The notes beneath the pieces were generated by a model, which worked only from the letters and a program-made list of their open reading frames with translations, had not been told where the DNA came from and did no database searches. The position numbers and the translations under genes are program-made. A stretch of 50,911 nucleotides of DNA. It comes from Minisyncoccota bacterium. GTDB lineage: Bacteria; Patescibacteriota; Minisyncoccia; Phycocordibacterales; XYD1-FULL-46-19. The stretch covers positions 1 through 50,911 of the forward strand of contig JBAYKU010000004.1 in NCBI GenBank assembly GCA_041664425.1. Direction: 5' to 3'. The first letter of the stretch is position 1. Every line of letters starts with the position of its first letter. Shown here piece by piece: positions 8,494-16,743 of the stretch.

Positions 8494-9177
8494 ATGGACA
8501 CAAAACCAAGAAGACTGTTCGTCATGAGGCACGCCGAATCTCTTGAGGACATCGACAAGACCGCCTACGAACGCATTGCTGATGAGGATATGCCTCTAAG
8601 TACGTATGGTCGGGAGCAGGCTGCGGAATTTGGTTCAAGGTTTGTCTCGAGTTTTGGCCCCTGCCAATCTCTAAGGCTCATCTTGTCACCCAGTAAGAGG
8701 GTGCTTGAGACAGCCGAGATTTTGGTCTCAAGGCTACCTGCAAGTATTAAGTGGTCACTGGCAACGGAAAGCCTCATTACCAAGCAAAACTGGGGAAATG
8801 TGACTATCCACAATCGGTCCGAGATCGAAAAGGAACGATACCGGATAGGAGTACTTCGCTACCAATTCCCAGGAGGAGAAAGTGGCGAGGAAATGCTCTT
8901 TCGGTTTGACCTCTTTGCGAAGAGATTATCGAAGGAGATGGCAGATCTCTCGACAGATGAGGCAGTACTCATAATCTCTCATGGTTTCGAGATGCGAGTT
9001 ACGCTGAAATCGCTACTCGGTTGGACCGAAGACTACTTTGAATCTCTGGCTCACCCCCAGCACTGCGAGATCAAGAGATTAGCCTTTGATCGAGGTTTGT
9101 TTGTACTTCTCGATGAGATGGTCAAGTATGACCATTCGAGCAATCCAGACTTTATTCGGAGACAATCAGCACAGTGA
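8494..9177 (+). CDS. histidine phosphatase superfamily protein (phosphoglycerate mutase-like branch)
   Basis: Contains RLFVMRHAES (an RHG-type catalytic motif) and a second His in IISHGFEMR. Confidence 0.75.
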   Translation: MDTKPRRLFVMRHAESLEDIDKTAYERIADEDMPLSTYGREQAAEFGSRFVSSFGPCQSLRLILSPSKRVLETAEILVSRLPASIKWSLATESLITKQNWGNVTIHNRSEIEKERYRIGVLRYQFPGGESGEEMLFRFDLFAKRLSKEMADLSTDEAVLIISHGFEMRVTLKSLLGWTEDYFESLAHPQHCEIKRLAFDRGLFVLLDEMVKYDHSSNPDFIRRQSAQ

Positions 9178-9202
9178 TCAGTGGTCCGACAAAAACCTAG
9201 AC

Positions 9203-9237
9203 AAACGACCAATCCTACTTAGTAGGATTGGTCGTTT
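9203..9237. terminator. perfect 16-bp hairpin (AAACGACCAATCCTAC tta GTAGGATTGGTCGTTT) between convergent genes
   Basis: Inverted repeat read directly. It lies between the stop of 8494..9177 (+) and the stop of 9336..10994 (-). The flanking U-tracts are weak. Confidence 0.6.
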
Positions 9238-9335
9238 CAAATTTACAAAATAAAAATCACCAACCAAAAGAATAGTCTTGCTTTTAATCATCAAAGTAAA
9301 ACATTTTTTCTCTCCTATATTTATAAATTTCTATA

Positions 9336-10994
9336 CTACCCCTTCTTCTCCTCCATTTCTACAATAAACTGCGAGCCCTTCCCCTTGCCGGCGGATTCGG
9401 CCCAGATTTTACCACCGTGGGCTTCGACGATTTGTTTGGCGACATAGAGACCGAGGCCGGTACCGGTGATATTGATGGCGCCGGCGCCGGTGGCGCGAAC
9501 GAATTTTTCAAATAATTTAGGAATAGTGGCTTGATCCATACCGACACCAGTATCGGTGGAAGTAAAACGAATCAGATTCTTGCCACCCTCCTGTCGACGA
9601 GCGACAGCTACAGCAATACTACCCTTTTCAGTATATTTGATAGCGTTGTCAATGACATTGAGAAAGACTTGGTTGAGTTTTCCGGCATCGGCAAAAATAT
9701 TGTACGGCCCCTCGGCACCGGTGAAAGTCATCGTCAGACCCCGGCGCATAACATTAGGCTTGAGCTCGTTGACGACCGATTCTACCATATGGCCCATATC
9801 AATAGTCGTCATTTCGTATTTCATCTTACCGAGCTCGATGCGAGTGATGTTGAGGAAGTCCTCGATCACCCCGACGAGCTTCTGACTGGATTCAAAGACC
9901 ACCTGTACGGCCTCACGCGACTTACCAGTGATTTTACCAAACGAACCCTCGAGTAGCATTGAAGAATAGCCCTTGATAGCGGTCAGCGGGCTCCGGAGCT
10001 GGTGGGAAGCAATCGAAACGAACTCCGTCTTCTGCTTGTCGAGCTCTTTGAGCTTCTCATTGGCCACTTCCAGCTCAGTGTTTGATCTTTCCAAATCAAC
10101 AGCCAATTTCTCGATTTTTTCGCGTTGAGAGACTTCTTTCATTACAGATTTTATTAGTAAGAGACCAAATCCTAATATGGTGGCAAAAATTATACCCCTT
10201 AAGATGAGAAGGTAAAAATCTTTAGTAAATAAAACTTCAAAAAAAGTAATTATTGATAAAAAAAATACTAAAATCGAAGTGGATAAAACTTTAACATTTA
10301 AAACGCCTCTTGAAAAAGCATAGGAAGTCATGATTATTAATGGAAAAGTAAACAAGGCACCAAAAGGAATAAGCTTTGAATTATCAAAAAAAGCAGGGAA
10401 GAGAAAGTTAAAGGTAATTATAAAAGAAAAAGTTGCAATTGTTCCAAATAAAATTAGTGAGTATGGTTGGCGATCTTCTGGTTTAGCTTGCCATGTTTTT
10501 TTAATCATTATAACAATCCCAGAAATGACAAAACCTATACTTACTAATCCAAAAAGTGGAATAAGTGGACCGTTGGCAATCTTCGATATTCTTCCACCTG
10601 AATATGTTTCAGCAATATGATTAAAAACGTAAGGTGTCAACGTGGCTAAGGAAGTAAATATGGTTATCAAGTATAAAAGACTTTGTTTAAAAATTTTAAG
10701 ATCACTCTTTCCTAATGGAAAAAGATAAAATAATCTAAAAATAAAATAAGCTTGCCAAACAGCTAAAAACATTGTTAGTCGTAGAAATAAGAGAGCTAAA
10801 TCTTGATCGAGTATTTTGTAGCCAAAATAATTAAAAACTCCCCATAGACCAGTTACTGTAGCTAAAAGCAAAAAAATTAAATTTGTTTTATTTTTTGAAT
10901 CACTAAAGTAAGTAGTGAAGCCCAAAACAAAAGTTGCTGCGATTACTGTGCCAACAGTGAGTAAATCAATATTAGTTAAAATTGAAGAGTCCAT
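9336..10994 (-). CDS. sensor histidine kinase with a polytopic N-terminal membrane sensor domain; no adjacent response regulator
   Basis: Has the H-box ASHQLRSPLT, N-box NVIDNAIKYT, G1 DTGVGM and G2 GTGLGLY. The N-terminal ~280 aa contain multiple hydrophobic segments. Confidence 0.88.
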   Translation of the reverse strand: MDSSILTNIDLLTVGTVIAATFVLGFTTYFSDSKNKTNLIFLLLATVTGLWGVFNYFGYKILDQDLALLFLRLTMFLAVWQAYFIFRLFYLFPLGKSDLKIFKQSLLYLITIFTSLATLTPYVFNHIAETYSGGRISKIANGPLIPLFGLVSIGFVISGIVIMIKKTWQAKPEDRQPYSLILFGTIATFSFIITFNFLFPAFFDNSKLIPFGALFTFPLIIMTSYAFSRGVLNVKVLSTSILVFFLSIITFFEVLFTKDFYLLILRGIIFATILGFGLLLIKSVMKEVSQREKIEKLAVDLERSNTELEVANEKLKELDKQKTEFVSIASHQLRSPLTAIKGYSSMLLEGSFGKITGKSREAVQVVFESSQKLVGVIEDFLNITRIELGKMKYEMTTIDMGHMVESVVNELKPNVMRRGLTMTFTGAEGPYNIFADAGKLNQVFLNVIDNAIKYTEKGSIAVAVARRQEGGKNLIRFTSTDTGVGMDQATIPKLFEKFVRATGAGAINITGTGLGLYVAKQIVEAHGGKIWAESAGKGKGSQFIVEMEEKKG

Positions 10995-11006
10995 TAATTT
11001 TTTCTA

Positions 11007-12080
11007 TTATAGCCAATCTATCTGCGGAGGTAAACGGTAGCAATGCTCGGCTGGCTCTCCATCATAGCCAAGACGAAAAGAAATTAAAAAATACTCCTTA
11101 TTTTTATCAATTTTTAAAATGTCAGCGATGTCGTTGTATGATTTTTCTATTAAAGTTATTTGTTTCTCATTAAACGGCTGAGAATCATTTTTTCTTAATT
11201 TAAAATGAAAAAAACCAATGCCAGTCAATAATTGAGTGCTTAATCCGTTCTGAGCTGCTGTTAGCCACACTCTTTGCATTACTCGCCCAGTATTAACGAT
11301 ATCGACAGGTTGATCTGAAGGAATAATTATTGTTCCAATCATTGCCGAATGATTAAATATTTTTTCATTGTCTTTAGCTACTAAGTCAGAGGCATGGATA
11401 GTTTTATTAAAAAAATTCATTATAGGCCAAAAGCGAAGAAGTTTAAAAACTAGAGTTTTTGGAAATTTAAGTTCCAATGTTTTCATCCCCATACCTATTC
11501 TTTTTTGCTTCTGCTCTTCCTCTGTCCAGGTTAGGTGATGAAACAAAAAATTATGAATCTCTTTTGTTTCTAGAGCTAATTTTTCATTGTAGCTTAGTGG
11601 TTTTGATAACTTTTTAATTGTTTCATTGTCTTCTTCCAAGATTAATCTCCCATATCCAACTTTGGAAATGCAGTCCATCAGTGATGTCTTTATTTTTTCA
11701 GGAATTTCTTTTTTAAAATATGGTTTTCTGTTAGTACATCTTTTTTCAATCGTTTCAAATGATATATCTTCTTCGTTTTTGATATTTTCGTCTTTTGTCA
11801 AATCCACTCGAGCGGTTAATTCGTTATCATTTCCATTTGGAAACAAAAGTACTGTTGCCCCGTAACCTAAATTTTTAGATGCAATCACTATATTCTCTAT
11901 AACAGCGCCATGGGCAGTATTAATAGAAGCGTTATTACTATTGTAAACTGACGTATCTCGCTCAGGAAAAGAATAAAGAAGAATTGAGTTATTTTTGACC
12001 TTAAACCTCCATGGTTGGCTATTGTCTCCAGATGGGGCTAGCGTCCCGTAGTAAATTATTTTCTCAATATCTTCTTTCAT
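11007..12080 (-). CDS. tandem-domain nitroreductase-family (FMN-dependent oxidoreductase-like) protein
   Basis: Contains APSGDNSQPWRF, a typical nitroreductase N-terminal motif. At 357 aa it is about twice single-domain size. It lies 12 nt upstream of the kinase gene. Confidence 0.6.
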   Translation of the reverse strand: MKEDIEKIIYYGTLAPSGDNSQPWRFKVKNNSILLYSFPERDTSVYNSNNASINTAHGAVIENIVIASKNLGYGATVLLFPNGNDNELTARVDLTKDENIKNEEDISFETIEKRCTNRKPYFKKEIPEKIKTSLMDCISKVGYGRLILEEDNETIKKLSKPLSYNEKLALETKEIHNFLFHHLTWTEEEQKQKRIGMGMKTLELKFPKTLVFKLLRFWPIMNFFNKTIHASDLVAKDNEKIFNHSAMIGTIIIPSDQPVDIVNTGRVMQRVWLTAAQNGLSTQLLTGIGFFHFKLRKNDSQPFNEKQITLIEKSYNDIADILKIDKNKEYFLISFRLGYDGEPAEHCYRLPPQIDWL

Positions 12081-12113
12081 ATTTCCCCATCATACAACAA
12101 AAATAAAACAAGT

Positions 12114-12248
12114 CCACGCGCACGATACTCATAAAGAGCACTGCTCCGTGCGCGCGGAACCCTGGCTGTTTTTTTGGAATAGGAATCGGCCACCGCCGAT
12201 AACAGAACTTTTGTGTAATCCCCACAGTAAACTGACGGGGTATTACAC
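12114..12248 (-). promoter_or_regulatory. GC-rich structured leader or small RNA candidate (three hairpins) immediately upstream of the nitroreductase gene; strand and class uncertain
   Basis: Hairpins: 12114-12124/12147-12157 (11 bp, 1 mismatch), 12185-12190/12195-12200, and 12213-12223/12237-12248. On the minus strand the first hairpin is followed directly by a T-rich tract, ACTTGTTTTATTTTTG, about 25 nt before the ATG. Confidence 0.3.
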
Positions 12249-12439
12249 ACCAATAAAAGAAGAGAAATTATGGTATATAAAGATATTTGCTCTTTTTCTA
12301 TTTTAGTATTACCGTTGTAAATACAATCCTTAAAGACAGTAAAAATATATGGCAATCAATAAGATCATAAAAAATAAGATTCTGGCAATGGTTAAGATAG
12401 ATCAAGCTCTTGAACGGAGGGAGGAACGATGATCATTTT

Positions 12440-12482
12440 GAGAGGGCACTTGCGGACTGCATGTACCCTCTCTTATTTTTTT
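12440..12482 (+). terminator. rho-independent terminator-like hairpin plus T-tract upstream of valS
   Basis: GAGAGGGCAC...GTACCCTCTC (10 bp, 1 mismatch) is followed by TTATTTTTTT. Confidence 0.5.
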
Positions 12483-12625
12483 AAGAAACTTTTCAAATTT
12501 AATCGACTTATAAAAAAACTACGTGCTGATATTGCAAGATAAAATCCATTGATTTTTTAGTAATATTGCGTATATTATATATTGATAACAAAAACATTTT
12601 TGCCAGTCTTATTAAAAAAAATACC

Positions 12626-15166
12626 ATGTCCGATACCCCTAAAAACTTAGATCGACCCCAAAGCAAAATTGAAGAAAAAGAGAGGTACAACCCCTTCGAA
12701 AAGGAGGTGTACTGGCAGGATTTTTGGGAGAAAGAAGGTGTGTATAGATTTAACCCCGAACTCCCTAAACCTATCTACACAGTAGACACCCCTCCCCCTA
12801 CTGTTTCCGGAGCATTACATTTGGGTCATATTTTTTCCTACACTCAGGCCGAGATAATTACGCGCTTCAAGAGAATGAGTGGCTATAATGTTCGTTACCC
12901 TTTTGGTTTAGATAATAACGGACTACCAACAGAACGATTAGTAGAAAAAGAGACTGGCGTTAGGGGTAGTACCATTAATTTAGGAGATTTTGTAAAAACC
13001 TGCCTTGAAATTACCGACAAATATAAAATCTTATACGAAAACTTGCTAAAATCACTAGGTCTTAGCGTTGACTGGAAATTGGAGTATTCCAGCATTTCTG
13101 CCGACGTCCAAAAAATATCTCAACTTACTTTTAAAGAATTATATGACAAAGGGCTTATTTATAAAAAAAATGCTCCGGCTCTCTATTGTACTGAATGTCA
13201 AACGTCATTTGCACAAGCCGAAAAGGAAGATAAAGAAAAAAACGCCGTTTTTTATGATATATCATTCAAAATTGAAGACGGTGGCGAGCTAATTATCGCG
13301 ACAACAAGGCCAGAACTTTTACCAGCTTGCGACGCTATTTTTGTCAATCCAGAGGATGAAAGATTTAAGCAGATTATAGGGAAAAAAGTAATTACCCCAT
13401 TGGGCTATATGGTAAAAGTAATGACCGACGAAAAAGTTGACCAGGAAAAGGGCTCCGGCGCTGTAATGTGTTGCACCTATGGAGACGAAACCGATATCTA
13501 CTGGGCAAAAAAATATAATCTAAAAGAAAGGATTATTTTAGATAGAAAGGGAATGATAACTGGGGTGAATGAAATATCCGAGTTAAACGGTAAAACAGTA
13601 AACGAGGCAAGGAGAATCATCGTTGAAAATCTAAGGTCAGGTAATTTTATAAAAAAAGAAGAACAAATTAAACACAATGTGGATGTTCATGAGAGATGTG
13701 GCACCCCAGTAGAATTTTTGCCGACAACTCAATGGTTTATTAAGATTCTCGATATGAAAGAGAAACTGTTGGATGCCGGTAAAAAAATAAATTGGTATCC
13801 ATCGCACATGAGAAAAAGATATGAGGAATGGGTCACCGGTTTAAAGTGGGATTGGTGTATATCGAGAGAACGGTTTTATGGAATACCAATACCAGCATTT
13901 AATTGCAGTAATTGCAGTAATGTTTTAATCCCAGAACAAGATTTATTGCCCATGGATCCCAAAATGGCAACTGAAATCCAAGATTGCCCTGTTTGTGGCG
14001 CAGGCAAAATGATTCCAGAAAGAAATGTCCTAGATACCTGGTTCACATCGTCCTTGTCCCCAGATATAAATAACTCCAACCGGCTCAATGGGAGTTTTGA
14101 TGGTAAATTGTACCCAATGTCCATGAGGCCTCAAGCTCATGATATCATTAGAACTTGGGCAGTTTATTCTATATTAATGGGCCTATACAGACACAATGAT
14201 ATACCCTGGAACGATTTAATGATCTCGGGCCATATTTTAGTCCAAAAGGGAGAAAAGATTAGTAAAAAAACAGGTGGAGGAAAATACAAGCCAGAAGAAT
14301 TGATTGCGACACAATCAGCCGACGCCATTAGATATGCAATGAGTGGAGCTTCTCTGGGTAAAGATTCTTATTTTGATGAAAAAGAGGTTGAAAAAGGTAA
14401 GAAATTAGTCACCAAAATATATAACGCTGGAAAGTTAATTCTGGATAAATTGGAAGATTTTAGTCCTAAAATGACGGTTGAGAAGAGAGATCTAGAAGCA
14501 ATTGATGCTTGGATATTAAACAAATCATTTAAAACAGCAGAAAATATGTCTTCTGCTTTTAGTAATTATGAATTTGGCCAAGCCAGGCAAATTTTTGAAG
14601 ATTTTTTCTGGAAAGATTTTTGCGATAACTATTTGGAAATCGCAAAAGCCAGATTGAATATTAGAGATAAAAACAGTAAAGAAAAAAGATCCGCTTTGTT
14701 TGCATCGTATAATTGTTTACTAAATATACTTAAAATGGCCTCGCCATTTATCCCACACATAACAGAAGAGATGTTTCATGCGGAAATTAAAAAAAGCAAT
14801 CAGGCGGATGGAAGTATTAAAGTTTTTTTTATTTCTGATAGTGGTAAAGGGTACTTCTTCAATGAACTAAAAATAAAAAGTATCCACGAATCCCAGTGGC
14901 CTTCGTCAGATATTTTATATTCGGATAATGAAAATGATCACAATTCAGATCTAGCTCTATCTGTTATTTCCGAAATAAGAAAATACAAAAATGAACACAA
15001 AATAAAATTGGGAGCCCAGACAACCTTATTGAAGATTAAGTGTTCCGAAGATCAAAAGAATAGGCTAAATAAATTTTTGAAAGACGTTACTTCTTTAGCG
15101 AGAGCGAATTCTAGCGAAATAGAGATTGTCAACAGCGAGGAGCTTAGTGTAAAAATCGAGCCATAG
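12626..15166 (+). CDS. valS: valyl-tRNA synthetase (start moved to the internal ATG MSDTPKNL)
   Basis: Contains PPPTVSGALHLGH (ValRS-type HIGH region), GLDNNGLPTE, WCISRERFYGIPIP and a KMSKS-like KISKKTGG. Length is ~846 aa. The DNA is AT-rich compared with trpS, alaS and leuS. Confidence 0.8.
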   Translation: MSDTPKNLDRPQSKIEEKERYNPFEKEVYWQDFWEKEGVYRFNPELPKPIYTVDTPPPTVSGALHLGHIFSYTQAEIITRFKRMSGYNVRYPFGLDNNGLPTERLVEKETGVRGSTINLGDFVKTCLEITDKYKILYENLLKSLGLSVDWKLEYSSISADVQKISQLTFKELYDKGLIYKKNAPALYCTECQTSFAQAEKEDKEKNAVFYDISFKIEDGGELIIATTRPELLPACDAIFVNPEDERFKQIIGKKVITPLGYMVKVMTDEKVDQEKGSGAVMCCTYGDETDIYWAKKYNLKERIILDRKGMITGVNEISELNGKTVNEARRIIVENLRSGNFIKKEEQIKHNVDVHERCGTPVEFLPTTQWFIKILDMKEKLLDAGKKINWYPSHMRKRYEEWVTGLKWDWCISRERFYGIPIPAFNCSNCSNVLIPEQDLLPMDPKMATEIQDCPVCGAGKMIPERNVLDTWFTSSLSPDINNSNRLNGSFDGKLYPMSMRPQAHDIIRTWAVYSILMGLYRHNDIPWNDLMISGHILVQKGEKISKKTGGGKYKPEELIATQSADAIRYAMSGASLGKDSYFDEKEVEKGKKLVTKIYNAGKLILDKLEDFSPKMTVEKRDLEAIDAWILNKSFKTAENMSSAFSNYEFGQARQIFEDFFWKDFCDNYLEIAKARLNIRDKNSKEKRSALFASYNCLLNILKMASPFIPHITEEMFHAEIKKSNQADGSIKVFFISDSGKGYFFNELKIKSIHESQWPSSDILYSDNENDHNSDLALSVISEIRKYKNEHKIKLGAQTTLLKIKCSEDQKNRLNKFLKDVTSLARANSSEIEIVNSEELSVKIEP

Positions 15167-15196
15167 ATTTTGACCCCCACTCCCAACCATGCTAGA

Positions 15197-15252
15197 TTTG
15201 TTGTCGATGGTAAACAAAAAGAGATTAAAACACACCTAAAACAGCCTTAATT
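15197..15252. repeat. copy A of a ~56-bp intergenic repeat (TTTGTTGTC...AAACAAAA...ATTAAAACA.ACCTAAAA.AGCCTTAATT)
   Basis: Matches 48/56 positions of copy B (17847..17902) in my hand alignment. Located just 3' of the M16 peptidase gene. Confidence 0.7.
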
Positions 15253-15264
15253 GTTGTCGCAAAT

Positions 15265-16482
15265 TTATTGTTTAGTCTTAATGACAGTTACTTTTTCCTC
15301 GGTAAGATAAGTTTTAACAACACGAAAAATATCCTCCAGAGTGATTTTTTTGATATTTTCCTCATATTTTTCTAAAGTCACCACTTGATTTAGAGAAGAA
15401 TAGGTTGTCCCGAGTTCATAGATTAGAGACATCCGATTAGACAAAAATCTTCTTTTTCTTTCTTTCAGTAAAGACTGTCTTTTGCTGTCTAGCTCCGGTT
15501 GTGAAATGTTGTCTAATTTTTTTAATTCTTCATAGACAAGCTCGGTCGCTTTGTCTGGATTGCTAGACTGAAATTTTATATTAAAATAGCCGGCATCGCT
15601 GGCTGCCGCATTGGAAGTTCCTACTCCATAGGAAAGGCTATTTTTCATTCTCAGAGTTTGGTAGAGTCTAGAATCTTTTCCTAAAGAAAGAATTGCTCTT
15701 AAAAGCTCTAGTGGATAAAAGTCTGGATGGCCATAAGGAATTGTCAGAAAATTTAATTGTACCATCGTCGATTGGGGGCTAATGAAATTGCATTCTAGTT
15801 GGGCTGGTTTAGGGATTTTAGTAAGTCGTTTTTTGGCTTCTCGCCTTTTTTTTACTTGCCCAAAGTGTTTTTCAGAAAGATTTTTGACTTTATCGAGGTC
15901 TAAATCACCCAAACAAATAATTAGGGTTTGGCCCGGGTCAGTGACTTCTTCCCAGATTTTTTGGATTTTAGCCTCTGTCGCTTTGTTTATCGCTCGATCT
16001 TGACCATAGGGAATCTTTGTCAGATCAGAACCATTTAAAATTGATTTCTGAGAAAAATAATAGATGGAGCGATCGATATTGCTGGGCATATTCGACAACT
16101 CTTGGTCGATGATTTTTGTTTCTCGGTCAATGCTATTTTGGGCTAAAATTGGATTTTTGACTTTATCAGAGAGAAGGGAAAATATTTCTTCTATATCATC
16201 AGCGAGAAATTCCGAATCAAGATAAACAAATTCGACTCCAGTATAAGCATTCAAAAAAGCCCCGGTTTTTTCTTTAATCTTGGCAATGGCAAATTCATCA
16301 GGATAAAGTTTGGAGCCGTTGGCCATCAGATGTTCCAGTAAGTGGTGAAGGCTCTCTTCTCCCTCATCCTCGTCACGATCCCCCTGTCGGAACCAAACAC
16401 TCAAGTTGACCAAGGGAGAGCCCTTTATCTCCCCATAAAGTAATTTGATACCGTTTGATAATTCAGCTGTAAAATATTGCAT
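15265..16482 (-). CDS. M16 (pitrilysin/insulinase) family zinc peptidase
   Basis: Has the inverted zinc motif HxxEH in LHHLLEHL near the N-terminus. At 405 aa it has the size of one M16 N+C domain pair. Confidence 0.8.
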   Translation of the reverse strand: MQYFTAELSNGIKLLYGEIKGSPLVNLSVWFRQGDRDEDEGEESLHHLLEHLMANGSKLYPDEFAIAKIKEKTGAFLNAYTGVEFVYLDSEFLADDIEEIFSLLSDKVKNPILAQNSIDRETKIIDQELSNMPSNIDRSIYYFSQKSILNGSDLTKIPYGQDRAINKATEAKIQKIWEEVTDPGQTLIICLGDLDLDKVKNLSEKHFGQVKKRREAKKRLTKIPKPAQLECNFISPQSTMVQLNFLTIPYGHPDFYPLELLRAILSLGKDSRLYQTLRMKNSLSYGVGTSNAAASDAGYFNIKFQSSNPDKATELVYEELKKLDNISQPELDSKRQSLLKERKRRFLSNRMSLIYELGTTYSSLNQVVTLEKYEENIKKITLEDIFRVVKTYLTEEKVTVIKTKQ

Positions 16483-16547
16483 AAAGTATATTGAAATTTA
16501 AGTATAACATTTATTAATTCGTAGATTAAATTTTATTAGAATAATAA

Positions 16548-16583
16548 ATATCCTAGCGTTCCAAAGTGAAAACGCTAGGATAT
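16548..16583 (-). terminator. rho-independent terminator after the precursor-peptide ORF
   Basis: 13-bp perfect stem ATATCCTAGCGTT / AACGCTAGGATAT with a 10-nt loop. It lies 19 nt after the peptide stop and is followed on the minus strand by TTATTATTCTAATAAAAT. Confidence 0.7.
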
Positions 16584-16601
16584 GGGACGATTTGGTGTTT
16601 A

Positions 16602-16724
16602 TCACCAACAATCATCTGGTGGAGCAGGGCATTGGTCACAGCACCCACTGTGGTTTGCTTCAAAGCAAACTCCTGATGCTAATTGCTGTGGGGTCGTGCC
16701 GCTGTTTTTAATTGGTATATTCAT
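16602..16724 (-). CDS. unannotated 40-aa Cys-rich peptide, candidate RiPP precursor: MNIPIKNSGTTPQQLASGVCFEANHSGCCDQCPAPPDDCW
   Basis: Found by manual codon-by-codon translation. The extended SD GGGAGGTGA sits 7 nt before the ATG, and the ORF starts 19 nt after the radical-SAM stop. Five Cys (positions 20, 28, 29, 32, 39) sit in the C-terminal half. A dedicated terminator follows. Confidence 0.65.
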   Translation of the reverse strand: MNIPIKNSGTTPQQLASGVCFEANHSGCCDQCPAPPDDCW

Positions 16725-16743
16725 TCTCGAATCACCTCCCTTC

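Noticed and set aside
12185-12252. tRNA-like 3' end (...GGGGTATTACACACCA).
   Set aside because: No T-arm (GTTCRANNC), D-arm or 7-bp acceptor pairing can be built. The CCA is coincidental.
12077-12355. 92-aa ORF ending in an ATGA overlap with the nitroreductase start; considered as a possible precursor peptide for a SagB-like dehydrogenase.
   Set aside because: It has no SD before its ATG. It spans an AT-rich/GC-rich composition switch and is filled with three stable GC hairpins, so it is more likely non-coding structured DNA. It is kept only as an alternative in the corresponding finding.
12360-12482. T-box riboswitch upstream of valS.
   Set aside because: The sequence before the terminator (TTGAGAGGGCACTTGCGG) does not match the T-box consensus (..GGGUGGNACCGCG) and has no UGGN bulge. 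I could not identify a Stem I specifier loop or AG-bulge.
12429-12542. 37-aa basic ORF behind the GGAGGGAGG element.
   Set aside because: It contains a terminator hairpin and T-tract in its first third and has low-complexity Lys/Phe/Leu content. It is not reported as a CDS.
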